In this document: piece by piece, positions 1 to 14,000 of the stretch
How the letters are laid out: each line of letters begins with the position of its first letter
How positions within the stretch are numbered: position 1 is the stretch's first letter
Assembly (NCBI GenBank): GCA_965644295.1
Contig: CBFFRP010000598.1
Coordinates: forward strand, 1 to 64,000
From: Paraphysomonas bandaiensis
Lineage: Eukaryota; Protista; Chrysophyceae
DNA length: 64,000 nucleotides
Reading direction: 5' to 3'
The notes under the pieces: generated by a model
What the model saw: only the letters and a program-made list of their open reading frames with translations
Database searches by the model: none
Told to the model about the DNA's origin: nothing
Made by a program: the position numbers and the translations under genes

Positions 1-156
1 TTCATCCTCTGGATGAGTTTCACCCTCATCAGCCTCCAGCGCATCGAAGGCATCATCAATAATGTCCTCAGTGTTCTCTTGCGTTTCATCTGCAGTATGG
101 ATATCATCTAAAGCGCTATCTGGTTCCAATGGTTCGGTATCGGAGCCGCCGCTCAT
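1..156 (-). CDS. 5' end of an acidic N-terminus protein (MSGGSDTEPLEPDSALDDIH...), running off the window; may be the intact parental copy
   Basis: ATG at 154-156 on the minus strand, open D/E-rich frame, upstream TACA/TGTA-rich promoter-like region. The continuation is not visible. Confidence 0.6.
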   Translation of the reverse strand, partial: MSGGSDTEPLEPDSALDDIHTADETQENTEDIIDDAFDALEADEGETHPEDE

Positions 157-1864
157 TGTAAGTTTAAATAATACCCGTAACACTCCTATCAACTAGTTTA
201 TATTCGCGTTAGTTCATACTCCTTCACCTTCACTCGAGTTGGACTGTTAATGCACATCTGCATGCATATACACACACAGCACCCTTCACTCCTCTAGCAG
301 TATGAGACTGGTATGTATATGTATGTATACGGTGCAGGGTGCTGCTGTGTACTGCACAGCTGGAGGGGACTTTTTATACTTTCAAAATTTAAAAGTCAAA
401 TACAGCTATCACCAATGAATATAATTATCGATATGATGATTGGCTAATATGTCATAGGTGATAATACAACATATACAGCAGTATGTACATGTATGTATGG
501 AATACTCTGTATATGGATGCTGTGGGTCTACTGCGCATATCGCAGTCAGCATCTTATTTTTCGGAAATGTATTGAATCAGAAATTATCTATATTACTGCA
601 ATACAACTACGGCTGGAATACAGATAATTATTGACTCAATATTTGAGGCATCTCTGAACAAAAATATACAAAGGATGCCGATACGCGCTACGCTGCTGCA
701 TATATAGTCAGTCCAACGAAGCAATGATTACATGGATAATATATATGCATATGCGCTCTCATCACACTGTGAGTGAGGTCACTGTGATGTTGAGCCAAGG
801 CTACATCTGCCTTTATCCCTGTACATCATATCAATGACTGAACACTCATCGCTACTGTCTCCTGGTCCATATGGAACTGTTGGGCTACGTGCCGTAGGAC
901 TGATACTGTGCAATGGATACGATAGTGATGTGTTCGCTGTACATGTATGAAGCAACGCGTGTGTGGTATGCACCCATAAAAAGTATGACACATGGCGAAA
1001 GAGTGTCCTTTCAACATAAAAGAACTGAATAGCAGCAGCCGTAACAGATGCAAGCAGACTGGAAGATTAGCACAACATATACAATCACATGAGCAGCAAA
1101 CTTTTATGGTTTGGAAGTCCTCCAGGGCAATGATTTAAACCTTATTCCTAACATACAAAGTGAGGTTGCGGCGTTACAAGCAACAGATACCAATTTACAA
1201 GATAAAAATAAAAGCACTGCTACTGATAACTAACTCACAAGCTCAAGACATCGTACTTCACTATAACATCGATAGTACACATGATACAATAGATATAAAT
1301 AACAAATTGAAATAATCACTAGTTTATGGCTCAACTAAACAATACCCAATGTCGAGTTTAAAGACGTCAATGACACTGATATAGTATACCTACAAGAAAG
1401 TCAAATTTCTTCCAACTTCAATCGATACGAATATATAGCAAATACAACAAATACATTTAACCAAAAATGATTTAACAAACTTACAAGCTTAAGATATCAT
1501 ACGTCATTCCCGTTTTTACTGTCACAGTTTTGTTGCTTACGATTGAGATGGAATACCCCACCGGGTTCGCAAGACCGTAACTGCTCTAAACAAGATCTAA
1601 GTGTTTTCGGTGAGAAAAACACAAGTCAGCATAATAAAGCAGGATGTGCTTGCTTACTATATAGACATAGCTCTAATACAACGCATAGAAGAAATATCCA
1701 GTCTTGTTCGACATTATTAAGTATGATACTATAGAAATGCTATTAGAAGTTTATAAAGTGCCACTGCACTATTGAATACCACTGGCAACAACTCGTACAG
1801 CTATCCAAATAATTATTTAGCACATGGTTGGCGTGAATTATCAAAACTTCACATATAACTAAAA

Positions 1865-4507
1865 TTAATCATAATATCTATCGTCAAAGTCGTCATCATC
1901 CACGTCATCACTATCATCCACGGAACTTATATCGGTGCCATCTTCCGAGTCAGAGCTGTTTTCTCTCTGCTGCTGTGAGTATGTCGCATTAGTGTTGATT
2001 TTCTCATTCCATCCATGCGTGTGCGTTATCGTGAGACAATGATGGGAAGTCCGAGACTAGCACATCGACAACCGCAGCCAGGGGACACTCGTCGTTTGAT
2101 TCAAACCAAGCTTTAATATGTTCAGGATGTCCCCCGTGCCCGCAAAGTGGACAAAAATATCCAAAACCTCGCAATACCTGAATAATACAAAAGTGAAAAC
2201 AGGTACATTTGTGAAACGACAACAGGATAGTACTTGTTCACAAAGGGAGCACCGGAGGGCAAACGTACGGCACGAGGTGCACCACGGACTCATTCACTGT
2301 GCCACCATTAAGTGTCCAGGGACCGAGAATCTCCTTGTTACAGGTAGCACACCGCAGACCAAGTTTTGAAACCGAGAGAACATAGGAGTTGGATACACCA
2401 TCCATGCCAACATGTACTGCATTAGAAACTGCCCTCGAGACATATTTCGACACCTGCTGTGTATTAGGTGCAAAAACAAAAACAGTGATATTGTTACCTC
2501 AGCGGCCTCGCACGTGACATTGCCATCGGTGCAACATATCCTGCATATCTACATGTGGACAAACACTGACAGGATTTAGTCCGGGATAAAAACATTACCC
2601 TCGGTAGGATTCCATCCAGGGAAAGAGCTGCTATGCAAAGAAGGATCAATCCAGCAAGTGGGCGGCAGATTTGGCTCCACCAAGGGTGCATGTGATGGTG
2701 AAGGCAGTGGACTGAAGGTCTCCCACATTAGCCAAGTGTCGGTCACATTCTCCTGGTGGACGACCAAGGGCATGCACAGTCCAATCCCGCCACATTCCAC
2801 ACATGACCATGACGTGCGACAAGACTCCATTTTGTCGTTCAAAACTGTGTCATCCAGGTACCCCGTCGTAACCATAATATCAAAGCAAACAGCAAGCAGG
2901 TGCCACACATGGTCTGCAATGCATCTTCCTTCAGGCGTGGCTCGCGTATGGAGGCGTTGGGTCGAGCAGGGTGAGAGCAACATCCGTGCCACGTGGGGAT
3001 ATCGAAGTTCACCATCCCCGCTAGGGCTCGGGGGAGCGTATTCACATGCTCGCGAGTGTTTCCATGCAGAGCAGTACCAAGTGGCATGGGAACATGCGAG
3101 GGAAAGCTATCGGATAATGCTGGATATAAATCGGACCTACTAGTTTTATACTCTTGAAATGGTCGAGTATGGTGGAGTGTAGCCTCATTCTCCCCAAAGC
3201 TCTTGCTACCTCTAAGAAATTTTCGACTGAGTACATCACTATCGTCCCGAGATAGAGTAGGGGCTTCACAGACCATTTGGGATAGTAAACCAGTAGCTTG
3301 AGAAAGGTTGTTCATTGACCCAGATCGTGGCCCGAGACTAACTTCAAGCCCAAGCCGCTGCAGGTTCGAATCCGAACCACCGCCTGTGGCATACTGGGAG
3401 AGATTTCCGTTGCTGCAATTCATTTCCCTGAGAGAAACCCGCCTTACATTGCGCGCGAAAAAGAAGGGGCGTGAACGGCAGACATACCTGTTGTATGGAT
3501 ACGCACTGAAGGAATACATTTTGGCAAGAATCTGTCGTTTAGCGCCGTATATAGTGTAGAGCGTGACCTGCAACGACCATTACGAAGACATTATAATAGG
3601 GAAGCTCACTAGGGGTACCTGGGCGGACTTGGAAGCCGTTGGCATGTAAGCATGTATCGGCTTAGTCTGCGACCTAAAATTCAGTGGGCCATGCACTCCA
3701 CCACTGCTTCCTGGGGCAGAAGATGACGATACCCAGATGATGCACGAATTTCGGACGCCTTATATCCACCAAACTCCTGGCTTCTGTCCAACTCTTCGCC
3801 TAGATTCGAAGTCACCAGAAAAGCGGATTCGATTTGCACTGCTATACTTACCTAGCTCATCCAAAGGATTTCGCATTAGGTCCTCTACAAAAGGATGAGG
3901 CTGCACACCGCTACTTACGCTCAGCGGTATTGTAGGTGACAACGCAAGCATCCTCACATCGCTAACAATAAACCATGACTATATAGTACACATCGCCCAG
4001 CGATATCTAAATACCTGACGGCGGAAGTAGATTGTTGACCTGATGTATGTGTACCTATAGACGTCACTGATCCAGCTCTTGCCTTATGCAAATTATTCCC
4101 TGTTATGAAGATTATACTCACACAACTTCACAGTTTACAAATTCAAAATAAGTGATTATATACCCCACATATAACATAACAACCTAAGACTATTTTGACA
4201 TACATTACCTTTATTCTCTTGACTGAGCACTTGTTGATCTTCGTCAGGGAGACTCTCTATCGTTATTTCAAAATAGTTATAACTGGTAAATTTGCAGAAT
4301 TGTTACTCACTAGATTCTGAATCATCACCATAGTCACTGCTCGTTTCATCCACGCCATCGGAAGCAGAAGACAAATCATCTGCAAGTCAAGCATGTCTGT
4401 CACTGACTGCTTGAATAAGTGACAGTACGTACCACGTCTGTATTGAAAAAAATGCTCAAAATAGGGCCCAGAGTTCATGCCACGTCCTAATCTAGCATTT
4501 TCAATTC
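1865..4507 (-). pseudogene. WDR59: Partial 3' copy of WDR59 with many frameshifting indels
   Basis: Colinear with 11070-13677 but with net +35 bp of small indels, concentrated at ~1970-3280. Confidence 0.8.
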
Positions 4508-4776
4508 TCATGCTCATCTCCGCTTCGCTCGATATTCATTTCGTCTCCTGACCCATCCTTCTCAGAAATGTATTCCTCGTCTTCCTGTTCAGTGACGGTA
4601 TAAAAATCCATGGGCTCGTGTTCATCCTCTGGATGAGATTCACCCTCATCAGCCTCCAGCGCATCGAAGGCATCATCAATAATGTCCTCAGTGTTCTCTT
4701 GCGTTTCATCTGCAGTATGGATATCATCTAAAGCGCTATCTGGTTCCAATGGTTCGGTATCGGAGCCGCCGCTCAT
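4501..4776 (-). pseudogene. Truncated copy of the acidic-protein gene (91 aa), stopped at the duplication junction
   Basis: MSGGSD...GDEHEN*; the TGA is supplied by out-of-frame WDR59 sequence (GAG AAT TGA AAA). Confidence 0.7.
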
Positions 4777-6484
4777 TGTAAGTTTAAATAATACCCGTAA
4801 CACTCCTATCAACTAGTTTATATTCGCGTTAGTTCATACTCCTTCACCTTCACTCGAGTTGGACTGTTAATGCACATCTGCATGCATATACACACACAGC
4901 ACCCTTCACTCCTCTAGCAGTATGAGACTGGTATGTATATGTATGTATACGGTGCAGGGTGCTGCTGTGTACTGCACAGCTGGAGGGGACTTTTTATACT
5001 TTCAAAATTTAAAAGTCAAATACAGCTATCACCAATGAATATAATTATCGATATGATGATTGGCTAATATGTCATAGGTGATAATACAACATATACAGCA
5101 GTATGTACATGTATGTATGGAATACTCTGTATATGGATGCTGTGGGTCTACTGCGCATATCGCAGTCAGCATCTTATTTTTCGGAAATGTATTGAATCAG
5201 AAATTATCTATATTACTGCAATACAACTACGGCTGGAATACAGATAATTATTGACTCAATATTTGAGGCATCTCTGAACAAAAATATACAAAGGATGCCG
5301 ATACGCGCTACGCTGCTGCATATATAGTCAGTCCAACGAAGCAATGATTACATGGATAATATATATGCATATGCGCTCTCATCACACTGTGAGTGAGGTC
5401 ACTGTGATATTGAGCCAAGGCCACATCTGCCTTTATCCCTGTACATCATATCAATGACTGAACACTCATCGCTACTGTCTCCTGGTCCATATGGAACTGT
5501 TGGGCTACGTGCCGTAGGACTGATACTGTGCAATGGATACGATAGTGATGTGTTCGCTGTACATGTATGAAGCAACGCGTGTGTGGTATGCACCCATAAA
5601 AAGTATGACACATGGCGAAAGAGTGTCCTTTCAACATAAAAGAACTGAATAGCAGCAGCCGTAACAGATGCAAGCAGACTGGAAGATTAGCACAACATAT
5701 ACAATCACATGAGCAGCAAACTTTTATGGTTTGGAAGTCCTCCAGGGCAATGATTTAAACCTTATTCCTAACATACAAAGTGAGGTTGCGGCGTTACAAG
5801 CAACAGATACCAATTTACAAGATAAAAATAAAAGCACTGCTACTGATAACTAACTCACAAGCTCAAGACATCGTACTTCACTATAACATCGATAGTACAC
5901 ATGATACAATAGATATAAATAACAAATTGAAATAATCACTAGTTTATGGCTCAACTAAACAATACCCAATGTCGAGTTTAAAGACGTCAATGACACTGAT
6001 ATAGTATACCTACAAGAAAGTCAAATTTCTTCCAACTTCAATCGATACGAATATATAGCAAATACAACAAATACATTTAACCAAAAATGATTTAACAAAC
6101 TTACAAGCTTAAGATATCATACGTCATTCCCGTTTTTACTGTCACAGTTTTGTTGCTTACGATTGAGATGGAATACCCCACCGGGTTCGCAAGACCGTAA
6201 CTGCTCTAAACAAGATCTAAGTGTTTTCGGTGAGAAAAACACAAGTCAGCATAATAAAGCAGGATGTGCTTGCTTACTATATAGACATAGCTCTAATACA
6301 ACGCATAGAAGAAATATCCAGTCTTGTTCGACATTATTAAGTATGATACTATAGAAATGCTATTAGAAGTTTATAAAGTGCCACTGCACTATTGAATACC
6401 ACTGGCAACAACTCGTACAGCTATCCAAATAATTATTTAGCACATGGTTGGCGTGAATTATCAAAACTTCACATATAACTAAAA

Positions 6485-9092
6485 TTAATCATAATATCTA
6501 TCGTCAAAGTCGTCATCATCCACGTCATCACTATCATCCACGGAACTTATATCGGTGCCATCTTCCGAGTCAGAGCTGTTTTCTCTGCTGCTGTGAGTAT
6601 GTCGCATTAGTGTTGATTTTCTCATTCCATCTGCGTGTGCGTTATCGTGAGACAATGATGGAAGTCCGAGACTAGCACATCGACAACCGCAGCCAGTAGG
6701 ACACTCGTCGTTTGATTCAAACCAAGCTTTAATATGTTCAGGATGTCCCCCGTGCCCGCAAAGTGGACAAAAATATCCAAAACCTCGCAATACCTGAATA
6801 ATACAAAAGTGAAAACAGGTACATTTGTGAAACGACAACAGGATAGTACTTGTTCACAAAGGGAGCACCGGAGGGCAAACGTACGGCACGAGGTGCACCA
6901 CGGACCATTCACTGTGCCACCATTAAGTGTCCAGGGACCGAGAATCTCCTTGTTACAGGTAGCACACCGCACACCAAGTTTAACCGAGACAACATAGGAG
7001 TTGGATACACCATCCATGCCAATATGTACTGCATTAGAAACTGCCCTCGAGACATATTTCGACACCTGCTGTGTATTAGGTGCAAAAACAAAAACAGTGA
7101 TATTTACCTCAGTTGCCTGCACGTGACATTGCCATCGGTGCAATATATCTGCATATCTACATGTGGACAAACACTTACAGGATTTAGTCTGGGATAAAAA
7201 CATTACCTCAGTAGGATTCTATCCAGGGAAAGAGCTGTATGCAAAGAAGGATCATCCAGTAAGTGGGCGGCAGATTTGGCTCCACCAAGGGTGCATGTGA
7301 TGGTGGCAGTGGACTGAAGGTCTCCCACATTAGCCAAGTGTCGGTATATTCTCCTGAGTAGCGGACGACCAAGGGCATGCACAGTCCAATCCCGCCACAT
7401 TCCACACATGACCATGCGGCGACAAGACTCCATTTTGTCGTTCAAAACTGTGTCATCCAGGTACCCCGTCGTAACCATAATATCAAAGCAAACAGCAAGC
7501 AGGTGCCACATATGACTCAATGCATCTTCCTTCAGGCGGCTCGCAAGGGAGGCATTAAATCGGCAGGTGAGAGCAATATCCGTGCCACTGCGGATATTGA
7601 AGTTCATCATCCCCATAGTTCGAGGCGTATTCACATGCTCGCGAGTGTTTCCATGCAGAGCAGTACCAAGTGGCATGGGAACATGCGAGGGAAAGCTATC
7701 GGATAATGCTGGATATAAATCGGACCTACTAGTTTTATACTCTTGAAATGGTCGAGTATGGTGGAGTGTAGCCTCATTCTCCCCAAAGCTCTTGCTACCT
7801 CTAAGAAATTTTCGACTGAGTACATCACTATCGTCCCGAGATAGAGTAGGGGCTTCAAGCTTCATTTGGGATAGTAAACCAGTAGCTTGAGAAAGGTTGT
7901 TCATTGACCCAGATCGTGGCCCGAGACTAACTTCAAGCCCAAGCCGCTGCAGGTTCGAATCCGAACCACCGCCTGTGGCATACTGGGAGAGATTTCCGTT
8001 GCTGCAATTCATTTCCCTGAGAGAAACCCGCCTTACATTGCGCGCGAAAAAGAAGGGGCGTGAACGGCAGACATACCTGTTGTATGGATACGCACTGAAG
8101 GAATACATTTTGGCAAGAATCTGTCGTTTAGCGCCGTATATAGTGTAGAGCGTGACCTGCAACGACCATTACGAAGACATTATAATAGGGAAGCTCACTA
8201 GGGGTACCTGGGCGGACTTGGAAGCCGTTGGCATGTAAGCATGTATCGGCTTAGTCTGCGACCTAAAATTCAGTGGGCCATGCACTCCACCACTGCTTCC
8301 TGGGGCAGAAGATGACATACCAAATGATGCACGAATTTCGGACGCCTTATATCCACCAAACTCCTGGCTTCTGTCCAACTCTTCGCCTAGATTCGAAGTC
8401 ACCAGAAAAGCGGATTCGATTTGCACTGCTATACTTACCTAGCTCATCCAAAGGATTTCGCATTAGGTCCTCTACAAAAGGATGAGGCTGCACACCGCTA
8501 CTTACGCTCAGCGGTATTGTAGGTGACAACGCAAGCATCCTCACATCGCTAACAATAAACCATGACTATATAGTACACATCGCCCAGCGATATCTAAATA
8601 CCTGACGGCGGAAGTAGATTGTTGACCTGATGTATGTGTACCTATAGACGTCACTGATCCAGCTCTTGCCTTATGCAAATTATTCCCTGTTATGAAGATT
8701 ATACTCACACAACTTCACAGTTTACAAATTCAAAATAAGTGATTATATACCCCACATATAACATAACAACCTAAGACTATTTTGACATACATTACCTTTA
8801 TTCTCTTGACTGAGCACTTGTTGATCTTCGTCAGGGAGACTCTCTATCGTTATTTCAAAATAGTTATAACTGGTAAATTTGCAGAATTGTTACTCACTAG
8901 ATTCTGAATCATCACCATAGTCACTGCTCGTTTCATCCACGCCATCGGAAGCAGAAGACAAATCATCTGCGTCAAGTATGTCTGTCACTGACTGCTTGAA
9001 TAAGTGACAGTACGTACCACGTCTGTATTGAAAAAAATGCTCAAAATAGGGCCCAGAGTTCATGCCACGTCCTAATCTAGCATTTTCAATTC
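6485..9092 (-). pseudogene. WDR59: Partial 3' copy of WDR59 (solenoid plus ZnF/RING exons), frame intact
   Basis: No difference from 11070-13677 seen by eye; lacks the WD40 and RWD exons. Confidence 0.85.
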
Positions 9093-9361
9093 TCATGCTC
9101 ATCTCCGCTTCGCTCGATATTCATTTCGTCTCCTGACCCATCCTTCTCAGAAATGTATTCCTCGTCTTCCTGTTCAGTGACGGTATAAAAATCCATGGGC
9201 TCGTGTTCATCCTCTGGATGAGATTCACCCTCATCAGCCTCCAGCGCATCGAAGGCATCATCAATAATGTCCTCAGTGTTCTCTTGCGTTTCATCTGCAG
9301 TATGGATATCATCTAAAGCGCTATCTGGTTCCAATGGTTCGGTATCGGAGCCGCCGCTCAT
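9086..9361 (-). pseudogene. Truncated copy of the acidic-protein gene (91 aa), stopped at the duplication junction
   Basis: Same sequence as 4501-4776, offset by 4585 bp. Confidence 0.7.
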
Positions 9362-11069
9362 TGTAAGTTTAAATAATACCCGTAACACTCCTATCAACTA
9401 GTTTATATTCGCGTTAGTTCATACTCCTTCACCTTCACTCGAGTTGGACTGTTAATGCACATCTGCATGCATATACACACACAGCACCCTTCACTCCTCT
9501 AGCAGTATGAGACTGGTATGTATATGTATGTATACGGTGCAGGGTGCTGCTGTGTACTGCACAGCTGGAGGGGACTTTTTATACTTTCAAAATTTAAAAG
9601 TCAAATACAGCTATCACCAATGAATATAATTATCGATATGATGATTGGCTAATATGTCATAGGTGATAATACAACATATACAGCAGTATGTACATGTATG
9701 TATGGAATACTCTGTATATGGATGCTGTGGGTCTACTGCGCATATCGCAGTCAGCATCTTATTTTTCGGAAATGTATTGAATCAGAAATTATCTATATTA
9801 CTGCAATACAACTACGGCTGGAATACAGATAATTATTGACTCAATATTTGAGGCATCTCTGAACAAAAATATACAAAGGATGCCGATACGCGCTACGCTG
9901 CTGCATATATAGTCAGTCCAACGAAGCAATGATTACATGGATAATATATATGCATATGCGCTCTCATCACACTGTGAGTGAGGTCACTGTGATATTGAGC
10001 CAAGGCCACATCTGCCTTTATCCCTGTACATCATATCAATGACTGAACACTCATCGCTACTGTCTCCTGGTCCATATGGAACTGTTGGGCTACGTGCCGT
10101 AGGACTGATACTGTGCAATGGATACGATAGTGATGTGTTCGCTGTACATGTATGAAGCAACGCGTGTGTGGTATGCACCCATAAAAAGTATGACACATGG
10201 CGAAAGAGTGTCCTTTCAACATAAAAGAACTGAATAGCAGCAGCCGTAACAGATGCAAGCAGACTGGAAGATTAGCACAACATATACAATCACATGAGCA
10301 GCAAACTTTTATGGTTTGGAAGTCCTCCAGGGCAATGATTTAAACCTTATTCCTAACATACAAAGTGAGGTTGCGGCGTTACAAGCAACAGATACCAATT
10401 TACAAGATAAAAATAAAAGCACTGCTACTGATAACTAACTCACAAGCTCAAGACATCGTACTTCACTATAACATCGATAGTACACATGATACAATAGATA
10501 TAAATAACAAATTGAAATAATCACTAGTTTATGGCTCAACTAAACAATACCCAATGTCGAGTTTAAAGACGTCAATGACACTGATATAGTATACCTACAA
10601 GAAAGTCAAATTTCTTCCAACTTCAATCGATACGAATATATAGCAAATACAACAAATACATTTAACCAAAAATGATTTAACAAACTTACAAGCTTAAGAT
10701 ATCATACGTCATTCCCGTTTTTACTGTCACAGTTTTGTTGCTTACGATTGAGATGGAATACCCCACCGGGTTCGCAAGACCGTAACTGCTCTAAACAAGA
10801 TCTAAGTGTTTTCGGTGAGAAAAACACAAGTCAGCATAATAAAGCAGGATGTGCTTGCTTACTATATAGACATAGCTCTAATACAACGCATAGAAGAAAT
10901 ATCCAGTCTTGTTCGACATTATTAAGTATGATACTATAGAAATGCTATTAGAAGTTTATAAAGTGCCACTGCACTATTGAATACCACTGGCAACAACTCG
11001 TACAGCTATCCAAATAATTATTTAGCACATGGTTGGCGTGAATTATCAAAACTTCACATATAACTAAAA

Positions 11070-14000
11070 TTAATCATAATATCTATCGTCAAAGTCGTCA
11101 TCATCCACGTCATCACTATCATCCACGGAACTTATATCGGTGCCATCTTCCGAGTCAGAGCTGTTTTCTCTGCTGCTGTGAGTATGTCGCATTAGTGTTG
11201 ATTTTCTCATTCCATCTGCGTGTGCGTTATCGTGAGACAATGATGGAAGTCCGAGACTAGCACATCGACAACCGCAGCCAGTAGGACACTCGTCGTTTGA
11301 TTCAAACCAAGCTTTAATATGTTCAGGATGTCCCCCGTGCCCGCAAAGTGGACAAAAATATCCAAAACCTCGCAATACCTGAATAATACAAAAGTGAAAA
11401 CAGGTACATTTGTGAAACGACAACAGGATAGTACTTGTTCACAAAGGGAGCACCGGAGGGCAAACGTACGGCACGAGGTGCACCACGGACCATTCACTGT
11501 GCCACCATTAAGTGTCCAGGGACCGAGAATCTCCTTGTTACAGGTAGCACACCGCACACCAAGTTTAACCGAGACAACATAGGAGTTGGATACACCATCC
11601 ATGCCAATATGTACTGCATTAGAAACTGCCCTCGAGACATATTTCGACACCTGCTGTGTATTAGGTGCAAAAACAAAAACAGTGATATTTACCTCAGTTG
11701 CCTGCACGTGACATTGCCATCGGTGCAATATATCTGCATATCTACATGTGGACAAACACTTACAGGATTTAGTCTGGGATAAAAACATTACCTCAGTAGG
11801 ATTCTATCCAGGGAAAGAGCTGTATGCAAAGAAGGATCATCCAGTAAGTGGGCGGCAGATTTGGCTCCACCAAGGGTGCATGTGATGGTGGCAGTGGACT
11901 GAAGGTCTCCCACATTAGCCAAGTGTCGGTATATTCTCCTGAGTAGCGGACGACCAAGGGCATGCACAGTCCAATCCCGCCACATTCCACACATGACCAT
12001 GCGGCGACAAGACTCCATTTTGTCGTTCAAAACTGTGTCATCCAGGTACCCCGTCGTAACCATAATATCAAAGCAAACAGCAAGCAGGTGCCACATATGA
12101 CTCAATGCATCTTCCTTCAGGCGGCTCGCAAGGGAGGCATTAAATCGGCAGGTGAGAGCAATATCCGTGCCACTGCGGATATTGAAGTTCATCATCCCCA
12201 TAGTTCGAGGCGTATTCACATGCTCGCGAGTGTTTCCATGCAGAGCAGTACCAAGTGGCATGGGAACATGCGAGGGAAAGCTATCGGATAATGCTGGATA
12301 TAAATCGGACCTACTAGTTTTATACTCTTGAAATGGTCGAGTATGGTGGAGTGTAGCCTCATTCTCCCCAAAGCTCTTGCTACCTCTAAGAAATTTTCGA
12401 CTGAGTACATCACTATCGTCCCGAGATAGAGTAGGGGCTTCAAGCTTCATTTGGGATAGTAAACCAGTAGCTTGAGAAAGGTTGTTCATTGACCCAGATC
12501 GTGGCCCGAGACTAACTTCAAGCCCAAGCCGCTGCAGGTTCGAATCCGAACCACCGCCTGTGGCATACTGGGAGAGATTTCCGTTGCTGCAATTCATTTC
12601 CCTGAGAGAAACCCGCCTTACATTGCGCGCGAAAAAGAAGGGGCGTGAACGGCAGACATACCTGTTGTATGGATACGCACTGAAGGAATACATTTTGGCA
12701 AGAATCTGTCGTTTAGCGCCGTATATAGTGTAGAGCGTGACCTGCAACGACCATTACGAAGACATTATAATAGGGAAGCTCACTAGGGGTACCTGGGCGG
12801 ACTTGGAAGCCGTTGGCATGTAAGCATGTATCGGCTTAGTCTGCGACCTAAAATTCAGTGGGCCATGCACTCCACCACTGCTTCCTGGGGCAGAAGATGA
12901 CATACCAAATGATGCACGAATTTCGGACGCCTTATATCCACCAAACTCCTGGCTTCTGTCCAACTCTTCGCCTAGATTCGAAGTCACCAGAAAAGCGGAT
13001 TCGATTTGCACTGCTATACTTACCTAGCTCATCCAAAGGATTTCGCATTAGGTCCTCTACAAAAGGATGAGGCTGCACACCGCTACTTACGCTCAGCGGT
13101 ATTGTAGGTGACAACGCAAGCATCCTCACATCGCTAACAATAAACCATGACTATATAGTACACATCGCCCAGCGATATCTAAATACCTGACGGCGGAAGT
13201 AGATTGTTGACCTGATGTATGTGTACCTATAGACGTCACTGATCCAGCTCTTGCCTTATGCAAATTATTCCCTGTTATGAAGATTATACTCACACAACTT
13301 CACAGTTTACAAATTCAAAATAAGTGATTATATACCCCACATATAACATAACAACCTAAGACTATTTTGACATACATTACCTTTATTCTCTTGACTGAGC
13401 ACTTGTTGATCTTCGTCAGGGAGACTCTCTATCGTTATTTCAAAATAGTTATAACTGGTAAATTTGCAGAATTGTTACTCACTAGATTCTGAATCATCAC
13501 CATAGTCACTGCTCGTTTCATCCACGCCATCGGAAGCAGAAGACAAATCATCTGCGTCAAGTATGTCTGTCACTGACTGCTTGAATAAGTGACAGTACGT
13601 ACCACGTCTGTATTGAAAAAAATGCTCAAAATAGGGCCCAGAGTTCATGCCACGTCCTAATCTAGCATTTTCAATTCCTCCTGCCCCCCCTGGCCCGTCA
13701 AGGTCCCCCATTCTTTTCCCTCTTAACTCCAGTTGCTTGGACTCCCGAATGCGCAGCAGAAGGTCAGCGTAAGTTTTCGGGTAGGCGATTGCACCGTCTG
13801 CCCCATCAAGTGGAGACTCCTCGTCACGCCTTTCAGTCGTCATCGCACCGCGCACAGTATTGTCGCTCATCATCACATGCTTATGTGGTTTCGATGAAGT
13901 GACGACCTCGAAACATAGTCGACTACCTCCAAAGCACGAAAGTATCCCCGTTGTGGAGAATATTCCACCGGATGATATAGGACATGGAACGCGATAGGCA

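Larger units (their letters stand above)
1..13677. repeat. Direct tandem triplication of a ~4585-bp segment (units: <1-4507, 4508-9092, 9093-13677)
   Basis: Identical ORFs recur at offsets of 4620 (779 to 5399) and 4585 (5399 to 9984). The junction ...cattttcaattc|tcatgctc at 4507 and 9092 contrasts with ...cattttcaattc|ctcctgcc at 13677, where unique WDR59 sequence resumes. Confidence 0.97.

Noticed and set aside
4508-9092. Repeat unit as a transposon or LTR element
   Set aside because: No TIR, LTR, TSD or transposase; the breakpoints fall inside host genes.
9985-10050. Possible C/D-box snoRNA (gtgata...ctga)
   Set aside because: The C box is non-consensus, and no terminal stem or rRNA guide was recognisable.
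6485-13677. Calling the RING-containing ORFs WDR24 or MIOS, or independent genes
   Set aside because: The 'CGHGGH..H...WF....CPTGCGC.C' ending plus the upstream RWD and PxP..SG..F blocks fit WDR59, and the ORFs are its exons.
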